64,000 bases of DNA from Vicugna vicugna (lineage: Eukaryota): positions 948,584 through 1,012,583 of the forward strand of contig MU058451.1 of the NCBI GenBank assembly GCA_013265495.1, read 5' to 3'. This document shows positions 40,101 to 55,132 of this stretch, piece after piece. The notes below the pieces were generated by a model that ran no database searches, was not told where the DNA came from, and was given only the letters and a program-made list of their open reading frames with translations. The position numbers were made by a program, and so were the translations under genes. Position 1 is the first letter of the stretch. Each line of letters opens with the position of its first letter.

Positions 40101-40467
40101 CTGGAGCTGGAAGGATCCAGAAGGTTCATCTGGACTAAACAAGGGCACCAAGGCTGGCCTAGTTCACAAGGCAGTGCCACAACGTCCACAGATTACAACA
40201 CAAATCTTTCCCATAAGTGCCATAAAAATGCCAAAGCACAGACAGTGCCCAGAAATGAGTTCTCTAAAGAAAACTTTCTAGAGCTTCACGAGCTGGTGTT
40301 TTTGACTACTTACAGGGCTAGCTGTGTGACGCACTGCCTCAGTTACCTGAAGAGCACATCTATCCTTCAGAGAAGATACACTACAGGCAACTGCATTATT
40401 TTTTTTGTAGTTTTCTGTAAGCACCTCCCCTATAAGTGTTGCCATTTATGTGTATAGAAAACATGGC

Positions 40468-40574
40468 GGGGTGGGGGTGGGTATAGCTCAATGGTAGAGC
40501 ACATGCTTAGCATGCATGAGGTCCTGGGTTCAATCCCCAGTACTTCCATTTCAAAAAAAAAGAATATTAAAAAA
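40468..40574 (+). mobile_element. tRNA-Ala(AGC)-derived SINE (camelid Vic-1-like), young
   Basis: GGGTATAGCTCAATGGTAGAGCACATGCTTAGCATGCATGAGGTCCTGGGTTCAATCCCCAGTACTTCCA with A and B boxes, G-rich 5' extension and A-tail; perfect 12-bp TSD AGAAAACATGGC at 40456-40467 and 40575-40586. Confidence 0.93.
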
Positions 40575-40664
40575 AGAAAACATGGCAAGGTCTGATAGTT
40601 CTAAACCTTTCTCCTTTTTGATGTATTCTTCAGCATTTTCAGGTTCCTACCTTTGAAAGTCATT

Positions 40665-41000
40665 GTTTCCAGGTTGTTGTAAGTATTAAATGAGATAATA
40701 TATGTAAAATAATTAGCAAAGTCCTGGGCATATAATAAGTGCGCAATAACAATGAATGTCATAAACATGAAACTAAGAATTTGAATGGTTACTATGTGCC
40801 AAATGTTGTTCAGAGTAACATACATGGATAATCTCAATTAGATCTCACAACACTACTCTGGGAACAGATAATGTTATCTCCAAATTTGAGACGAAGAAGT
40901 AGAGACGTGAAGAAGTGAAGTCCCATGCTGAAGTCCCACTGAGAGCAAGGGCAGAGCTGTTCGACAGGCAGTCTGACTCGGGAACATACACTAGACACTG
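40665..41000. mobile_element. Two MIR fragments tail-to-tail (+ 40665-40760; - 40780-41000)
   Basis: GGTTGTTGTAAGTATTAAATGAGATAATATATGTAAA; TACTATGTGCCAAATGTTGTT...TCTCACAACACTACTCTG. Confidence 0.7.
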
Positions 41001-43039
41001 TTCACCAGAGTGCAAGATTTTACTTTACCTTAATCCAGTCTGCTAGATCTGACAGAACCAAAGAGCTGATCATGATAAAATACCCCTTAATTTAATCAGT
41101 GTAACCCCATATGCATATATATCACTACTGAGTTAGCCTGAGTCGTCTGGGCTACTAGAGTATTTCTCCCAGTATTGTGAAATCCTAAAATGAAGTTATA
41201 GTAGTTAAATTGGAATAACTCATCATCAGATCTTATAATTTAAAGTTCAAAAGATCTTGGAGGAAGAGTTAGGTAAAATACTCCCAAATAACTAAAATAC
41301 ATACACTCTCATCCAGGATTCTAAAAATTTCTAATAGCTGTAAGATTGATATAAAGAAAAGTCACTGTTAGTCATTAAGGATAGCAAGAAGTTGGAAAAT
41401 TTGAAAAATAATTTCAGGTATTATAGAGTTTTTTTATTTTTAAAAGGTATTTTAAAAAGTCAACAGACTTCAACTGGGCGCATAAATCATTTTATACTGG
41501 GGAAGCATTTTCCACAATGCAGTTAATATTTAAGAAATGCAAATTAATTGGAATTTAATTATTTACCTAAATTTGACCATCAGGAGTCTACAGCACACTA
41601 TGTATCATTAATTATCATCATATTGGCAAGCTTCAAGTTAATAGCATCTTACCTGGTTTGCTATATGAAAATCATATTTTTAGATTATTCTAAAAATAAG
41701 TGAAGTGCCATTATGGAAATACTTGTATGAAATACTACAGAAATACAGCTCTAGAAATACCCATATCCGTTTCAGTCATGAAAAATGGGATCTCAAACCC
41801 CATTCTGGAAAGGCCGTTCAACCAGGGGATACATAAAAACACAAACATTTTAATGCAACATCCCAGATGCAATGAAACAAATGACTAGGAAAGCAATGCT
41901 GTATTTGCTATATTTGGGGCTACACGTGACCTTATATCTTTTTTTTTTAAATAAAGAGATTATTCCTCTTTCATTTCCACTCTTTATTCTAAAGCTATGC
42001 CTATAACTCCAATAGCTAGTTAAGTCCTCTTAGGAAATTTCTGCTGCATAAACTTTTGATCAGAGAGGAGAGAAAGATAAAACTCATGCTCAAGTACAAT
42101 ACTTCTCGAACTTTCTGAGATGCAGCACCAGTTTTTTCTCCTAATCCTTCACAGACTGACAATTTAGCAAAATATAATAGTTATGTACTACTAAAAGAAT
42201 GAGATGAAAAAAGAAAAGACAGAGTACAAGTCCCACTTCTTAAAAGCAGTGTTTGAGTGCACCCACCTAGGATTGACCAGCGACCTCCTATAAAAGTGTC
42301 TAAACACTCAACTCATGATTTCTGTGCTCAGTTCATTGTGAAAGGTAACCAAGGGGCAGAACGTGGGCTCAGGCCACATGTAGGTAACTCTCTTCTCCAG
42401 AAGGCGCATCACCTGTTTCCTTCTGACCATTATGATCCACTTCTCCTCAAGGATACCTGGATGCCCAGGGTGGGGAGAGTGGGACCTACCATGACATCTG
42501 TTTCCCTTGTAACTCTCCCAACACTCTGCAACCGCACAACTTATTTGTCTGCTCGTCTGTTGTCTCTCTCCTTGACACAAATGAAAGCTTTTCATCACTA
42601 AAGCCTAAGACTATTCAATTTTTTAATGAAGTCTCTTCATCACATCTTGTTCTTTGTATCTTTTTCCTCAACTGATATTTAGCACGTGGGGAAACAGTTC
42701 TTTTTCAGGGGAGCTTTCAAGTTTTGGAACCAAGGGCGTAAGTCATATCTTTTAACAATAAATACTATCTGTTGTAAGACAGTTTTAATTTTGTAGCCAT
42801 CAAATAAATCAAAACATTATAATTCAGGCCTTTTTATACCAAAGGCAAAAACAAACATATGAAAGTATTAATGGATCTGGTCCCAGAAAACTTTAGTTTC
42901 TGGGGCAGGAAAAAAAAAAAGCTCTTAAAAATGATAAGTTGGAAATATACCTATAAAATATTACCAAAGTTTAAGAAACATAAGAAAATATAAGACAAAG
43001 ATGAATATGACCACGAAAGAAAAAAAAATGGTTTATCTT

Positions 43040-44095
43040 GTCAATTTTCAGAAAATGAACATGAAAACAACAAAATCTTGAATGTTCCAAAATGACAATT
43101 CTTAAAGTAAAATATTTAATGTTTGCTCTAAATCACAACTCCTTCCTTGTGTAAATATATAACAAATCTTTAAAAGAGTTTAAAACCTCTACCTCGCAAT
43201 TTCATACTTTACTCAAAGGAAATAATTAAGGATGTACACAAGATATTTGCAGCATTGCTCTAGTGTCTAATAATAGGGGGGCTAGCTAAATAAGGTACAG
43301 CAACGAAACCATGCAGCCATTAAAATGATGCTGTAGAATAAAATTTACTGCTGTGAAAAGATGTTTACAACATATTTGTTACTAAAAGTAGAAGGTTGCT
43401 AAGTGCTCATCAACAGAAGAATGGATAAGATGTGAGATATATATATATATACACGTACATATATATATACACACACACACATACATACACAAAATGGAAT
43501 ATTACTTAGCCATAGAAATTTTGCCATTTGCAACAACGTGGATGAACTTGGAGGGTATTATGCTAAGTGAAATACATCAGACAGAGGAAGACAAATACCG
43601 TATGACATCACTTACATGTGGAATTCAAAAAGTAAAACAAAGTAGTGAACACAACAAAAAAGAAACAGACTCACAGATAAAGAGAACAAACTAGTGGTTA
43701 CTAGTGGGGAGAGGAAAGGTGGGAGGGACAAGATAGAGGCAGAGGATTAAGAGGTACAAACTACTACATATAAAATAAATAAGCTACAAGCTACATACAA
43801 CACAGGGAACATAGCCAGTATTTTGTAGTAACTACAAATAAATATAACTTTTAAAAAATGTGAATCACCATGCTGTACATCAATAACTTATGTGATACTG
43901 TACATCAATTATACTTCAATAAAAAAGTAATTTTTTTAAAAAAAGCAGGTTGTAACACTGTATTATACAATATAATCCCATAGTGCATATATCTAAGTGC
44001 TAACAAAAGTATATGATATTTGATTATAATTATTCTTGCTTCTTTGTATTTTCTAATTTATCTGCAATAGACAATATTTTTAATGCAATAAAGAA
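43040..44095 (+). mobile_element. Ancient L1ME-like 3' fragment hosting a younger L1
   Basis: AAGGAAATAATTAAGGATGTACACAAG...ATGCAGCCATTAAAATGATG; resumes AAAAGCAGGTTGTAACACTG...ATAATCCCA after the insert. Confidence 0.6.
43400..43940 (+). mobile_element. L1 3' end (ORF2 tail plus 3' UTR) with internal (TA)n(CA)n
   Basis: ORF 43494 MEYYLAIEILPFATTWMNLEGIMLSEI is the L1 ORF2 C-terminus; ends TATACTTCAATAAAAAA; possible TSD AGAAGGTTG / AGCAGGTTG. Confidence 0.9.
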
Positions 44096-44927
44096 TAAGA
44101 TAAAAGATATAGAAAAGATAAAAGAAAAAACTATAAAAAGAATCTCTTCAATCAAAAAGTAGTGATCAGGGCTTTAATTCAACTATAGCTCGGCACTATT
44201 AAGAGGATGAATATGATTTGTTAAACTCATTTGTAGCAAAAACCAGATACTAGAAGAATGTCTAAACTATGTGAGAACAATTTTCAAGTACTTCACAGAC
44301 ACATCTGCATGGTAAATAACCTGCTAATTATAGTAACATGTATTCTTGAAACAGCTTTGACAATGCAAACTTTCAACTGCCCCTCCATATGCTTTGCACT
44401 TACATTATGTTTTGTCTATAGTTTCAAAATCAGAATCCAGGGACCGGTCCTTGGAAGCAATATCTTAAAGATGCACTCAGTGGCTGTCGATATGATCCCC
44501 TGGTCCTGGGTAGATCACTTAGTCAACACATATCATATACTCTATTTCTAGAGCTGTGATCATGACAATGAAGAGAACATAGCCCTTTTAGAAAGGCTGA
44601 CACCAAGTGCCAGTTTTTAGCATATATCACACCACAACCCTTACATCACTTTTTTTTTCCATTCGTTTCTTAACTGATAGAAGCAAAGGCAGAAAACTTC
44701 GACTTCACAAAGAATTTTTGAGCCTTTTGAAAAAGAGACTTAGTGATCACCCAATGTTTTCCCTAGAAATCCAGGCCCAGAGAGCAGGTAAGTGTAGAGC
44801 CAAATAAGAACCAGGCATCTTGCCTCAAAGCCCAATCCACCTTCACCATCATCCACTACTTATACCATCAGGCTCTACTTTAGAAAGTAACTACTGTCAC
44901 ACACGGTTAACGAGAAGAGCAATGTCA

Positions 44928-45152
<225 letters not shown>

Positions 45153-48100
45153 CTATTCAGTCACAAACGCTTCCCAATATGATCTCAATAACCAAGGGTA
45201 TATATGCTTACAGTGAAATACCCTTAACTATCACGTCAATGGAAAAAAAAAACAGGATTATTACAGATTTGGATTCCTATCCCCATTGTTCTTCCATATT
45301 GTTTTTCTGAATTCCATTTTCTCTAAAATTTAACTCCAGTGATATCATTTCTACACTTGGCTGTGTTGTTTTAGAAGAGTTTAAGATCATCTTCAGAGTG
45401 AAGAAATGGCCATAATAAATTTGAACTAAATTATTCTAAATGTTGCTATGTTGATTAACATCAGAATCAAAATTTTTAAAAAGTGATTAATTAGAGTCTG
45501 TAGCCTCACAGAATTTTTGTTTCTTTTTTTTTCCTTTACTCTTTCTACCACAAAGCTGATTTTAGTACACAACTCACTTTGAAGTCAGAGGTAGCAATAC
45601 TGGGCAGAGAACTAAGCAACCAGGGGAAACCTTCTACCAAATATCCAGATCCTACCAGGAAGCAGGCACGGGGGAAGCAGAATAGTAAAAACTCAATCCT
45701 GCAGAACAGCATAGTGATTTATCAACAGCACAGTGAGTTTGACCAGTAGTCCCCCTTTTGTCCCTTGTAGTTGCACATATTTATTCAAATATAATTATTT
45801 CAAGTGTAACCTAAAGTACACTTTTTTTAAAATCATATCTCAATACAAAAACAGTGTATTTGTAGCCTCCAAACACTTCCCAAAACGACAGACAGGCTGA
45901 CATCCTAATTTCAGGGGCTGGGTTTGGCAGTATGGCTGTACAGGGCTCAGCCCTGGATCATAATTAAAGACAGTCATGAAAGTTAACAATTGTCCTTAAT
46001 TCCCACAGAGGGAGGGGATGAAAATTCCTGCCAAGAGAATTCACATTTTTGAATAACTTTACTTTGCACTTTAGATAAATAATATCTTTGAGATCTAGAA
46101 TACACAGTAGTCTCACTGTTTATTTCCATTTTAGGGGAATTTCATGAGTAGAATGAAGTTAGGTAACTTTCCTAAGGCAGTGGAAGAATCTGACTCTTGG
46201 CCGAGACAGCCTACTCTAATTCCTGGAGTAGCTCTAAAAAAATAACCTCATAACAGCCTTAGCATTTAAGTCTTCACATAAACTTAGCATTTTAAAAATG
46301 TGACTTTCTCTGTACAGGCAATCCCAAAGCAGTGAATAACCAAGACTTATAAATGGTCCCTGGAAAAGCACGTGCCCAAGACAGGTGGCTTAATGGCTCT
46401 AAAAGCTCCCTTCCTTCCTATGTTGTCACAGCGGCAATTTTCCCCCTTCTCTCTCCATCTGAGGTTATGATGATCTGCTCCCCATCTACACCTGTCTCAC
46501 CTTTGTTTTTAGCTTGGAGGTTCAGAATGGGAATCTTTTGTGACAAGAACAGGTAAGGAAGAGCAGGAAGAGGCAGAAAATGCCCACAGCCACACCTATC
46601 TCCATGGCTTCTCTCCACAAGCTGGAAAACTCATCTCGTCAGTCAACTCCATGGAGACCCAGTGAAAAATGGTATGAGCTCTTCTTCCCCACTGACCTAT
46701 TATTCCATGCATTGGCCCAAGAAAAATAGGCTGCCTAGTCAGAAGCACTGGGGGCATCTTCCTATCCTCAAGGCACAAAAAAGAAAAGAAAGGAGGTGAT
46801 CAGGAAAACACTCAGCACTGGGGATTATTCCTGGGAGACTGTAAGCCTGGAAGGCCCCGGGGCCAAAGCCCTTTACCTGGAGCCTTACTCTCACCACCTC
46901 CCCGACCCCCACCTACCACACTAAAATCTCCATCCTCACTCTGCTCTTCCGAGTCTAACCTCAGAACCTCTGCTCATCTCACGCTGCTGGAAGAACTATT
47001 TGAGACAACAGGGACATTTGTTGATGGTTTAGAACTAGAGGAGTCCCTGCACCACTGGCAAAGCCCGGAGACTGGCAAAGCGCCCGGCCGTGACTGAATG
47101 GGGAGGAGAAAGAACAGGAGAGTTGTGTGACTGGCAGCCAAGGCAGTAACAGGAATGGTACCTTCCTCTGGCAGCACTGGTAGGTCTGGCAGTACTCGAG
47201 TATTGTTTGTATTGGAAAATACATTTACACTTCAGATAGTCAGCTTACAAAGGAATTTTGAGAATATAAATTGGAGACTGCCTTAACTCACATTAAAGAA
47301 TTGAAGCTACAGAACTCGAATCATGGAACCCATCTCCTCTTTAAACACAAAAATTGTTTAAAAGTAAATTACAGGCAAATTTGATCGATATTTAGTATTT
47401 TGAGAAACCTGAATAAAATTTACAGAAATGAAAAGAGAATTCTAGAAAGTCCATTTTATGACTGTTTTTAAAGGCTGGCTGAAAAACCTCTAGCTAGATC
47501 ACATTTGGTTGTAATAGTTTAAAAGTAAGATGATAATAGGTAAAATCACATATAGTTTACATTTTAATTTCTATATATTTTATAAGAAATTTATATATGG
47601 TCAATTTGGTCTAGGGTAAAGACAGAGTAAAAAGCCAAAAAACAAAACAAAACAAAAACAAACAAAAAACCCCACTTACTTTCTAATGGTTAAGGAAATA
47701 CTTAAAGAAGAACATTATTTCTTTTGATATACTGAGAAAAGATTATTACAAGAAAACAGGAGCAGCAGAAACACAATTAGAATATTGATCACAAAATATT
47801 CTATATCTTTTCTATCAGTCTTTGCTTACAAACTTTCTTGTATTTTTTTCCTTGATTACTAGGTTTTATTTATTTCTCAACAAAATGCCAACAATCCTTA
47901 TTTTTCTATTCCAATGAGTTGCAATTTGTTTAAAATTAGCACTGCAATTCAATTGAAGAGGAAGTATTTGGGAATCCTAAGATTTTAAAAAATTAAACTT
48001 TGAGGTTTTGCTGGATTTATTTTTAATTTACAGATATTGACCTTGTCACAATGGAGTTAAATTACTCTGAGATAAAGATCATCTCCAGGTGGGAAGCAAC

Positions 48101-48675
48101 AAACAGGGATATAAGTTTTAAATGTTTCCTGATTTACCTCTTTAAAGTGCAGCCCAAGCTGTGATACATAAATCACTTTTCCTAATGGTTGATAACACGG
48201 AAATTTAATGACACAACTCCCCTCAACAACCTCCCTCGAGTTTAGAGTGAGGGTTGGTTGAAAATTCTGCTTGGATCTCTCTAATTACAGTTAGGCATCT
48301 AATAAACAGGAAATGAATCTTTACGCCAAAAGACTTCCTTCGCAGAAGTTTTATCGGAAATATATATTGAAATATTTTGGATTCCAGAGCCAAGTGTTCA
48401 AATGGCCAATTAAGAATGGAGATACAAAAGGAAAAAACCAAGAGCAGGAAGGCATGTGAACCATGCCATCTATCTGCCACCTCTGACTTCAAGATAAGTA
48501 GCCACCAGTTCTTATGATGCTCATTAGAAACAATCATATTAAGAATTTGGACACAAAAGGTGATGATCCTCCCTAAGGTGGCCCAAGAGGACAGTCTTTA
48601 AGTACCACCCAGGTGAAACTTTCGCACGTACAGGCATGCCCACTGGACAACATCTTCGCTAAAGTGGCAGGATTA

Positions 48676-48945
<270 letters not shown>

Positions 48946-49142
48946 TCAGGTATAATATACAAAGTACTGAAACCCTTCAGTGTCTCTCCTTAGACGATGC
49001 TTCAAATAAATCTACATACATACATTTAAATCTTTATGAAACACACTCTAAATTAAGATGTAACGTGTGGGCACAAGCCATGACTTGACATAAGGTAAAA
49101 AGCTACTTGGAAAAGTTACTTATTAAGAGAAAATACATCTTA

Positions 49143-49337
<195 letters not shown>

Positions 49338-51045
49338 TCAACCTAATAGAAAGTTAAACTAAATTAAGGAACCTAGAGGAACTGATTAAGTGATTCTAAT
49401 TTTAAATCAACTCTAAGAGAACATACTCACAATCTTCTTAAATACCTGTCAGCATGCTGTGAGGATTTTTTCAGGGGCAATATTTTAAGAGCACAAGGAA
49501 TCCTGACTACTGTTTGGAATGACACACTGAAAGGGGAGGGATGAACTTGAACAGCAGGGCTGGGCAGAACTGGAAGGTCATCTGGTCTGTTGTGTGTACG
49601 CCAGGGGACACACACACCTGCGACTGTGTTACCAAGAAACACGGCCTAATCTTCTCTTGGGGGAGGAGAAATAGGACAGATCCTCATTTGCCTGCGCTGA
49701 TTCAGCAACTTTTTTTTTTTAAATAAAAATGCATTCCTATAATTATCTTAAACTTCTCAAGTTGCAAGCTAAGCCTGTTTTCTTCTTGTGTGGAGGTGGA
49801 TGGTCCTTTGCCTTTCAGTTATACGTGCTCAGCTTCAACGTCCAAGTAAAAAAAGTTTTTTTTTAAAGAGATTATTTAAGTATTCAAGTAGAATTTCATT
49901 TCTTTTTAATTGCATATACTTGATTCAGTATATCTCAGAAATGCCCTAAACTCTATCAAATATTCTGACACTCTTTCCAAACCAAAGAAGCAAAAAAACC
50001 CATTTTTTTGCTAACATAAGACCTTAAAGTGGTACTTCTCAGCTTCTTTCACTGCAAATATGCGCTAAGCACTATGTACATGAATATCCACATATATTTA
50101 CATATATTTATTTGCATGTGTTTACATAAATTTACATGTTTACATATGTATATATTTCCCCTTTCCCTCCAAATTCTTCCTATTCTTTTCCTGGCTAAAA
50201 ACGCATATGCTTTGGGTACAATTACTGTAAGATATAATGTTTATTTTCTTCTGTTAATAACCACCGTCTGCAGAGGCTCTATTATTTATTCATCATATTC
50301 TACATTAAGACCCTTCCTAAGCTTCCATGGACTCCAGGCTTTATACATTCTCATGACATCACATCAGTACAGTTATGCTTTTCAAATGTAATTTTCTAGC
50401 TTGCATTTGGGAGAACAGGGTGGATTTGGGCTCGAATCTCAAAAATCTCTGACTAATCCCTTCCTGGTAAAGTGAACAAACTTCACTCAGGGACAAGAGA
50501 ATAGATGGGGATCAGAGCTACTCTCGCGAGCTGCTGGACTTCAACCATCCAGCTGTCGGTCGGGCAGAGATGAAGACCATATTAATAAGCGAGGGCAGGG
50601 CAGCTCAGCTGGTGTCCCCTGTCTCTTGGCACGTGTTGGGTCACTACTCTGTTCCAGACACCGAGCGAGATGCTACAGATGCAATATGCAGACAAATTCT
50701 GTCTGCCACACATGGGGAGGCCAACACACGAGTAGCCACAGGAGGATTAGCTAAATACTGCAATTTATAGAAAGGAGGGATTAGTGAGCAAACACTTGGA
50801 CCACAAGCACCGCCACTTGCCCCGGTCATGTGCGACTACAACCTTCCTACCCCCTTCTTCTTGGCCTGCAAAGGGCAAGGACAGAGTAGATTTATCTAGC
50901 GGAGTTGCTGGAGGGATAATATATTCCCTGGATAATCACAGTTAGAAATTTTTTTTTTTTAATGAAATGAACAACACAAATGTGTCCTATGACACAAAAA
51001 CCCCAAAGCCATCCGATGATGAGAGCTGCAGAAATCCCTGATTCT

Positions 51046-51250
51046 TTCCTGGCTCTATCCCTGTGTTATTCCAACTGTGGGTCATGACCCATGAAAAGAG
51101 CATAAACTCAACTTAATAGGTTCTGCTCCACAATGTTTTACAAATAGAATAACAGAATGGAAGACGTCAGGGTTGTTACACAGAGTAAGGTAGGTTCTGC
51201 AAAGCTTGGATTTAGCCCATATGCATCATATATATGTGCATGCATGAAGA
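51046..51250. mobile_element. Probable hAT-Charlie MITE fragment
   Basis: CTGTGTTATTCCAACTGTGGGTCATGACCCAT...AAATAGAATAACAGAAT. Confidence 0.4.
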
Positions 51251-51259
51251 AAGACCTGG

Positions 51260-51495
51260 GAGGCTGCAGAGTGTGGTAATTAAGCACAGGTTCTGGAATC
51301 AGAATTTACTTTCAGCTCGGATTCAAGAGCCAACTCTTCTGTGCGGTCTGAGTCAAGTTACCTGATCCCTCTAAGCCTGGATATGTTCTCATGAGAAATG
51401 ATGGTAGTAACACTGCCCACAGCTACAGGGTTGTTGTGAGGACTAAAGGAACTAATGACACGAAGTGAATAATACAGTGTTTATGTAAGAGGTGT
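51260..51495 (+). mobile_element. MIR
   Basis: TTAAGCACAGGTTCTGGAATCAGA...CAAGTTACCTGATCCCTCTAAGCCT...AGGGTTGTTGTGAGGACTAAA. Confidence 0.75.
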
Positions 51496-51719
51496 TTATT
51501 ATCTCAGATGCACACTTTGTCCCCGTATCTGCTCTTCCTTCAGTATGTTTAATTCTACTCAATGGACAGCATCACCACCCTTCCAGCAAAATGCTTAGAA
51601 ACAGGATTCTTTGTTCCCATTTTACATATGGGGATAGAAATTAAGTAACACATTCAAGCAAATAAAAAGGAAAGCTGGTATCTGAACCCACATCTGCCTA
51701 CTCTTTCCACCAAAACATA

Positions 51720-52970
51720 AAATCTCCTGACCTCCTTCATAGAAACTGGAAACCAGAAACCTTAAAATCATCTCATTTCGCCCCCGCCTCCCCCGTTACA
51801 CGATCCTCAAGTCACCTGTCCTCAACCCAGAAGTGCCTGTTGAGCAGCCTGTACTCTCTATGCCTTCTCTCCTGTCCCAGGTCAGGTCCCCACCATGTCT
51901 CACCTGGACTAGAGCAACAGCCATCCAGCCACTTTCCCTGCATCCCACCCACTGCCCATCGACTCTCACAACTGCCACCACAGTGGCCTTTCTTACATGG
52001 AAACCTTTTCGTGTCCATCCTCCAGTTTACAATTCTTGACTGCTCTCACATTATCCCTAGAAAACAAAATGTCAACCCCTGTGGCAGCGTACACAAAGAT
52101 ATTCCAGCGTCCACCCTCTGTGAAAGTCAATAAAATTCTCAGCATTGGCAAGTGCTCAGCTCGCCCCTGCCCTGGGCTCCTGTCTCACTCGCGTCAACAT
52201 CATTCCACTGCACACGTGGGTCAAAAGCCTAAAAGGAAGTTTGGATTCTTCTCTTTCCCCCTTACTCTTACATACTAGGTCCAGTCAGCTCTCTCTTCAA
52301 AATACAGGCTAAATCTGACAACTTCTCACTCCCACGTCTGTCACTCTGCTCCGTCACCCGCGTGTGGCCATCAGAGAGGGCGGTTAGGGCATGACCCCTT
52401 GACCTCCGTTCCTCCCCCACCCCAGCCCGTTCCCCTAACAGAATCCTGCCTCGGTGGCTCTTCTGGGAAAGACGTGGGCTAACACAGTCCCCTCTCTTCG
52501 GAACCAGGGAAACACTGGTCCCCCCTGCTTCTACTGACTGTAGAGAACTTTCCACACAACAAACAGTGATCTCTTCAAAACATACATGAATCCTTCCACA
52601 CCCCCGTTCCCTTGGCCTCAACTCCAAGCCCTGTTATCCTATTACATTTAGATGAACCCAAACTTATTCCCTCACTTCCCTAAGATCTCCGCTCAGATGC
52701 CCTCTCCTCAGAGAGGCCTTCTCTCTAAAAGACCCCCCCTCCACTCTTCACCATAGTCTTTGATCTGGTTTCGTTTTCTTCCGAGCACTTCTTACTGTGT
52801 GTTTACCTACATTACCACTTACCTAGTCATCATCTGTCTCTCCCACAAGAATGGAGTTTCAGGAAAGCAGGGATCCTGTCTACTTTTCACTGCTAAGTTC
52901 CCACTGCCCAGAACATAGCCTGGCATACAGTAGGTGCTCAATACATAGCATGAAAGAATGTATGGAAGAA
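51720..52970 (+). mobile_element. L2 fragments ending in an L2 3' terminus
   Basis: CTCAGATGCCCTCTCCTCAGAGAGGCCTTC...AGAACATAGCCTGGCATACAGTAGGTGCTCAATACATAGCATGAAAGAATG. Confidence 0.75.
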
Positions 52971-55132
52971 TCTGATTCAAAGAGTTAGACCTTTTCAGGA
53001 ACAATTATAAAACCAAAGAAATCACATTTCTCACATGTGATTTTTTTTTCTCCTTTAGAAATTCCCAGTTTTCAAACACCGCCAGACATCAATGTCGTCT
53101 GATCAGTGTCATCAAGTGGCATTTTATTTAACAAATCAGCAACCAGGCTGGGCTTTGTGGACATGGGAGGAGCAGCAGGCAAAGATGCTCTGCATTCCCT
53201 GAAAGCACATTGTCTTCAACCCCAATGGCTCCTGACATTTAAATCATTAAAATTTTGCCTTTCACTGGTGAAGAGTAAATGAGCAGAACAACATTGTGTT
53301 TTAAAAACATAATAAACAAGGTCTTGCATTTTTCAGCTCAACCACGTGCCTTGGAAAGTCAACCCCTCTCCTCCAGTCTCCCCACACCAGGACACCTGGT
53401 GATGTCCCTGGAAAAGAGGGAGACTCAATGCCTCCTTAATGCTTTAAGATGCTAGGGTTCCTTGAAGGACCAAGGTGAAGAAGTCTATTACCAGTGTCGG
53501 AATGACTCCATTTCTTCTTTATCCTTATTGTCTTTTTCCTTAAGAGACCCAGAATATTCAAAATGTGAACTTCTAAGCCATCACAGAAAAGGAAGGAGGC
53601 GTAGTGGCTTCAGAGTTATCACTTGGAGATTGCTTTCTCCAGCCTCCTCTTCCTCTTATAAACTCTAAGTGCTATTCACAGCCAATGCAGCATGCCTTGG
53701 TTTTTGCATCTTTACTCATGAAAGGGCTGGGGGAAGTACGGGGCATGGAGAGAAAGAGAAAGCAGAGGGGCAGGGGGAGAGAACACGGGCAGGTAGAGGA
53801 GGAAGAGGAGGAGAATAGAAGAGAAAAAGGAAAAGACATAAATAAATGTCCATCCCCATGGTTCTCTGTGCCTCCTATACCTTGATCCAATTCTGCGGCT
53901 CACCTGATCCTTTTCTCTGAGTCCAACAGACAATCAGTCTGTGGCAAACAAGATCCCCTACAGCTTCAGTCTTCTCACCAAACTGTCCCCAACACCTTCT
54001 CCAAGGCCCTGGCTTCTCCTGCGTGTCTTTTCCCAGTAGAGGCTGCTCATTCTCTCAGATTCTAGAATCACAGAGACCTGAAAATATATCTGCATTGTTT
54101 CTTCCAAACCATTGTTTTTCTGCTCTCGCATGAAACCCTTCCTCCTCTGACGTTCATGACATCTCTTCAACACTTCCATGAATGACCCACCTCCTAAGCA
54201 CTGCCTGGCATTTATCAAAAACTTTAGTATTTGACTGTGTCCCCTGATGTCCCAACATTATCCTGGAACATGCATCCAACACTTCTTTGACCCTGTCCAC
54301 ACCTCAGCTCTGGCCTTCTATGTCAACCATCACACTCAAGACCACATCATGGACCTTTCCCTCCATTCCAGTCTCAGACTAAAACAGCACCAACTGATTC
54401 ATTTGTTTATTTACAAACATGCACTGTCCATTACCCACGGGCTCCATCCCATGATGGCCACTGGGACTGTAAGTGTGAACAAGACAAACAGAATCTCTGT
54501 TCTCATAGGGCTACAGGAGGAAAGAATGAAAAATAATTTTTAAAGTAGTGATGAAGACTGAGGAAGGGGAATACAGAGAACCAACTACAGAAGCATGGAG
54601 TGGTGGTCTTGCTGAGTTTTCAGATTGAGGAAGGAACAGCTTCTTTTTCCAGAATTCTCATTCCTTTATTCCCATCTCATCTGTTCTCCAACCCATCAAG
54701 AGATGCAGGACTCCCGGCATCCTGACATTCTCTCCATTTATTATCCCCTTCCTTCACTTTTTTTCTATCTCTCCTAGATATGTGAATAGTTATTTCAAAT
54801 TTTTGTTTTTTAACTGACACCTTCAATTCTCTTCTTTTCATAGTCTTCCATGTCCTATCTGGAAAATCCTCAACTTGGATCAGGATAAATGTCTTCTGAC
54901 CTGGGCAGCAAAGCCCTCATAGAGAAAGGCTGCTCTACCATAGAGTCTTCACATTCATTAGTTCCATGTGTTTGGACTTTCAGCTCCACTATCATTTCTT
55001 CCTTTAAGTTTCTAAGCAGCTTCAAGCTTCTCAGTTTCTCACAGTATCTATTTTAATTGTCTCCATCTCCTCAAGCTCATAAGCCCATCACTGCTCTCAC
55101 ACGGAAGTCACTGAGGAGGAAAAAGTAGAGGC

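Noticed and set aside
40475..40548. Functional tRNA-Ala gene
   Set aside because: The 5' G-rich extension, A-tail and perfect TSD indicate a retroposed SINE; the copy at 15721 is similar and more decayed.
47054..47087. Short imperfect repeat ACTGGCAAAGC(G)CCCGG x2
   Set aside because: Only two copies of a small local duplication; no array or functional context.
50522..50635. TCTCGCGAG (BANP/CGCG-like) element plus three E-boxes as an internal promoter
   Set aside because: Imperfect match, not in a CpG island, and adjacent sequence reads as decayed L2/MIR; kept only under the GC-bias finding.
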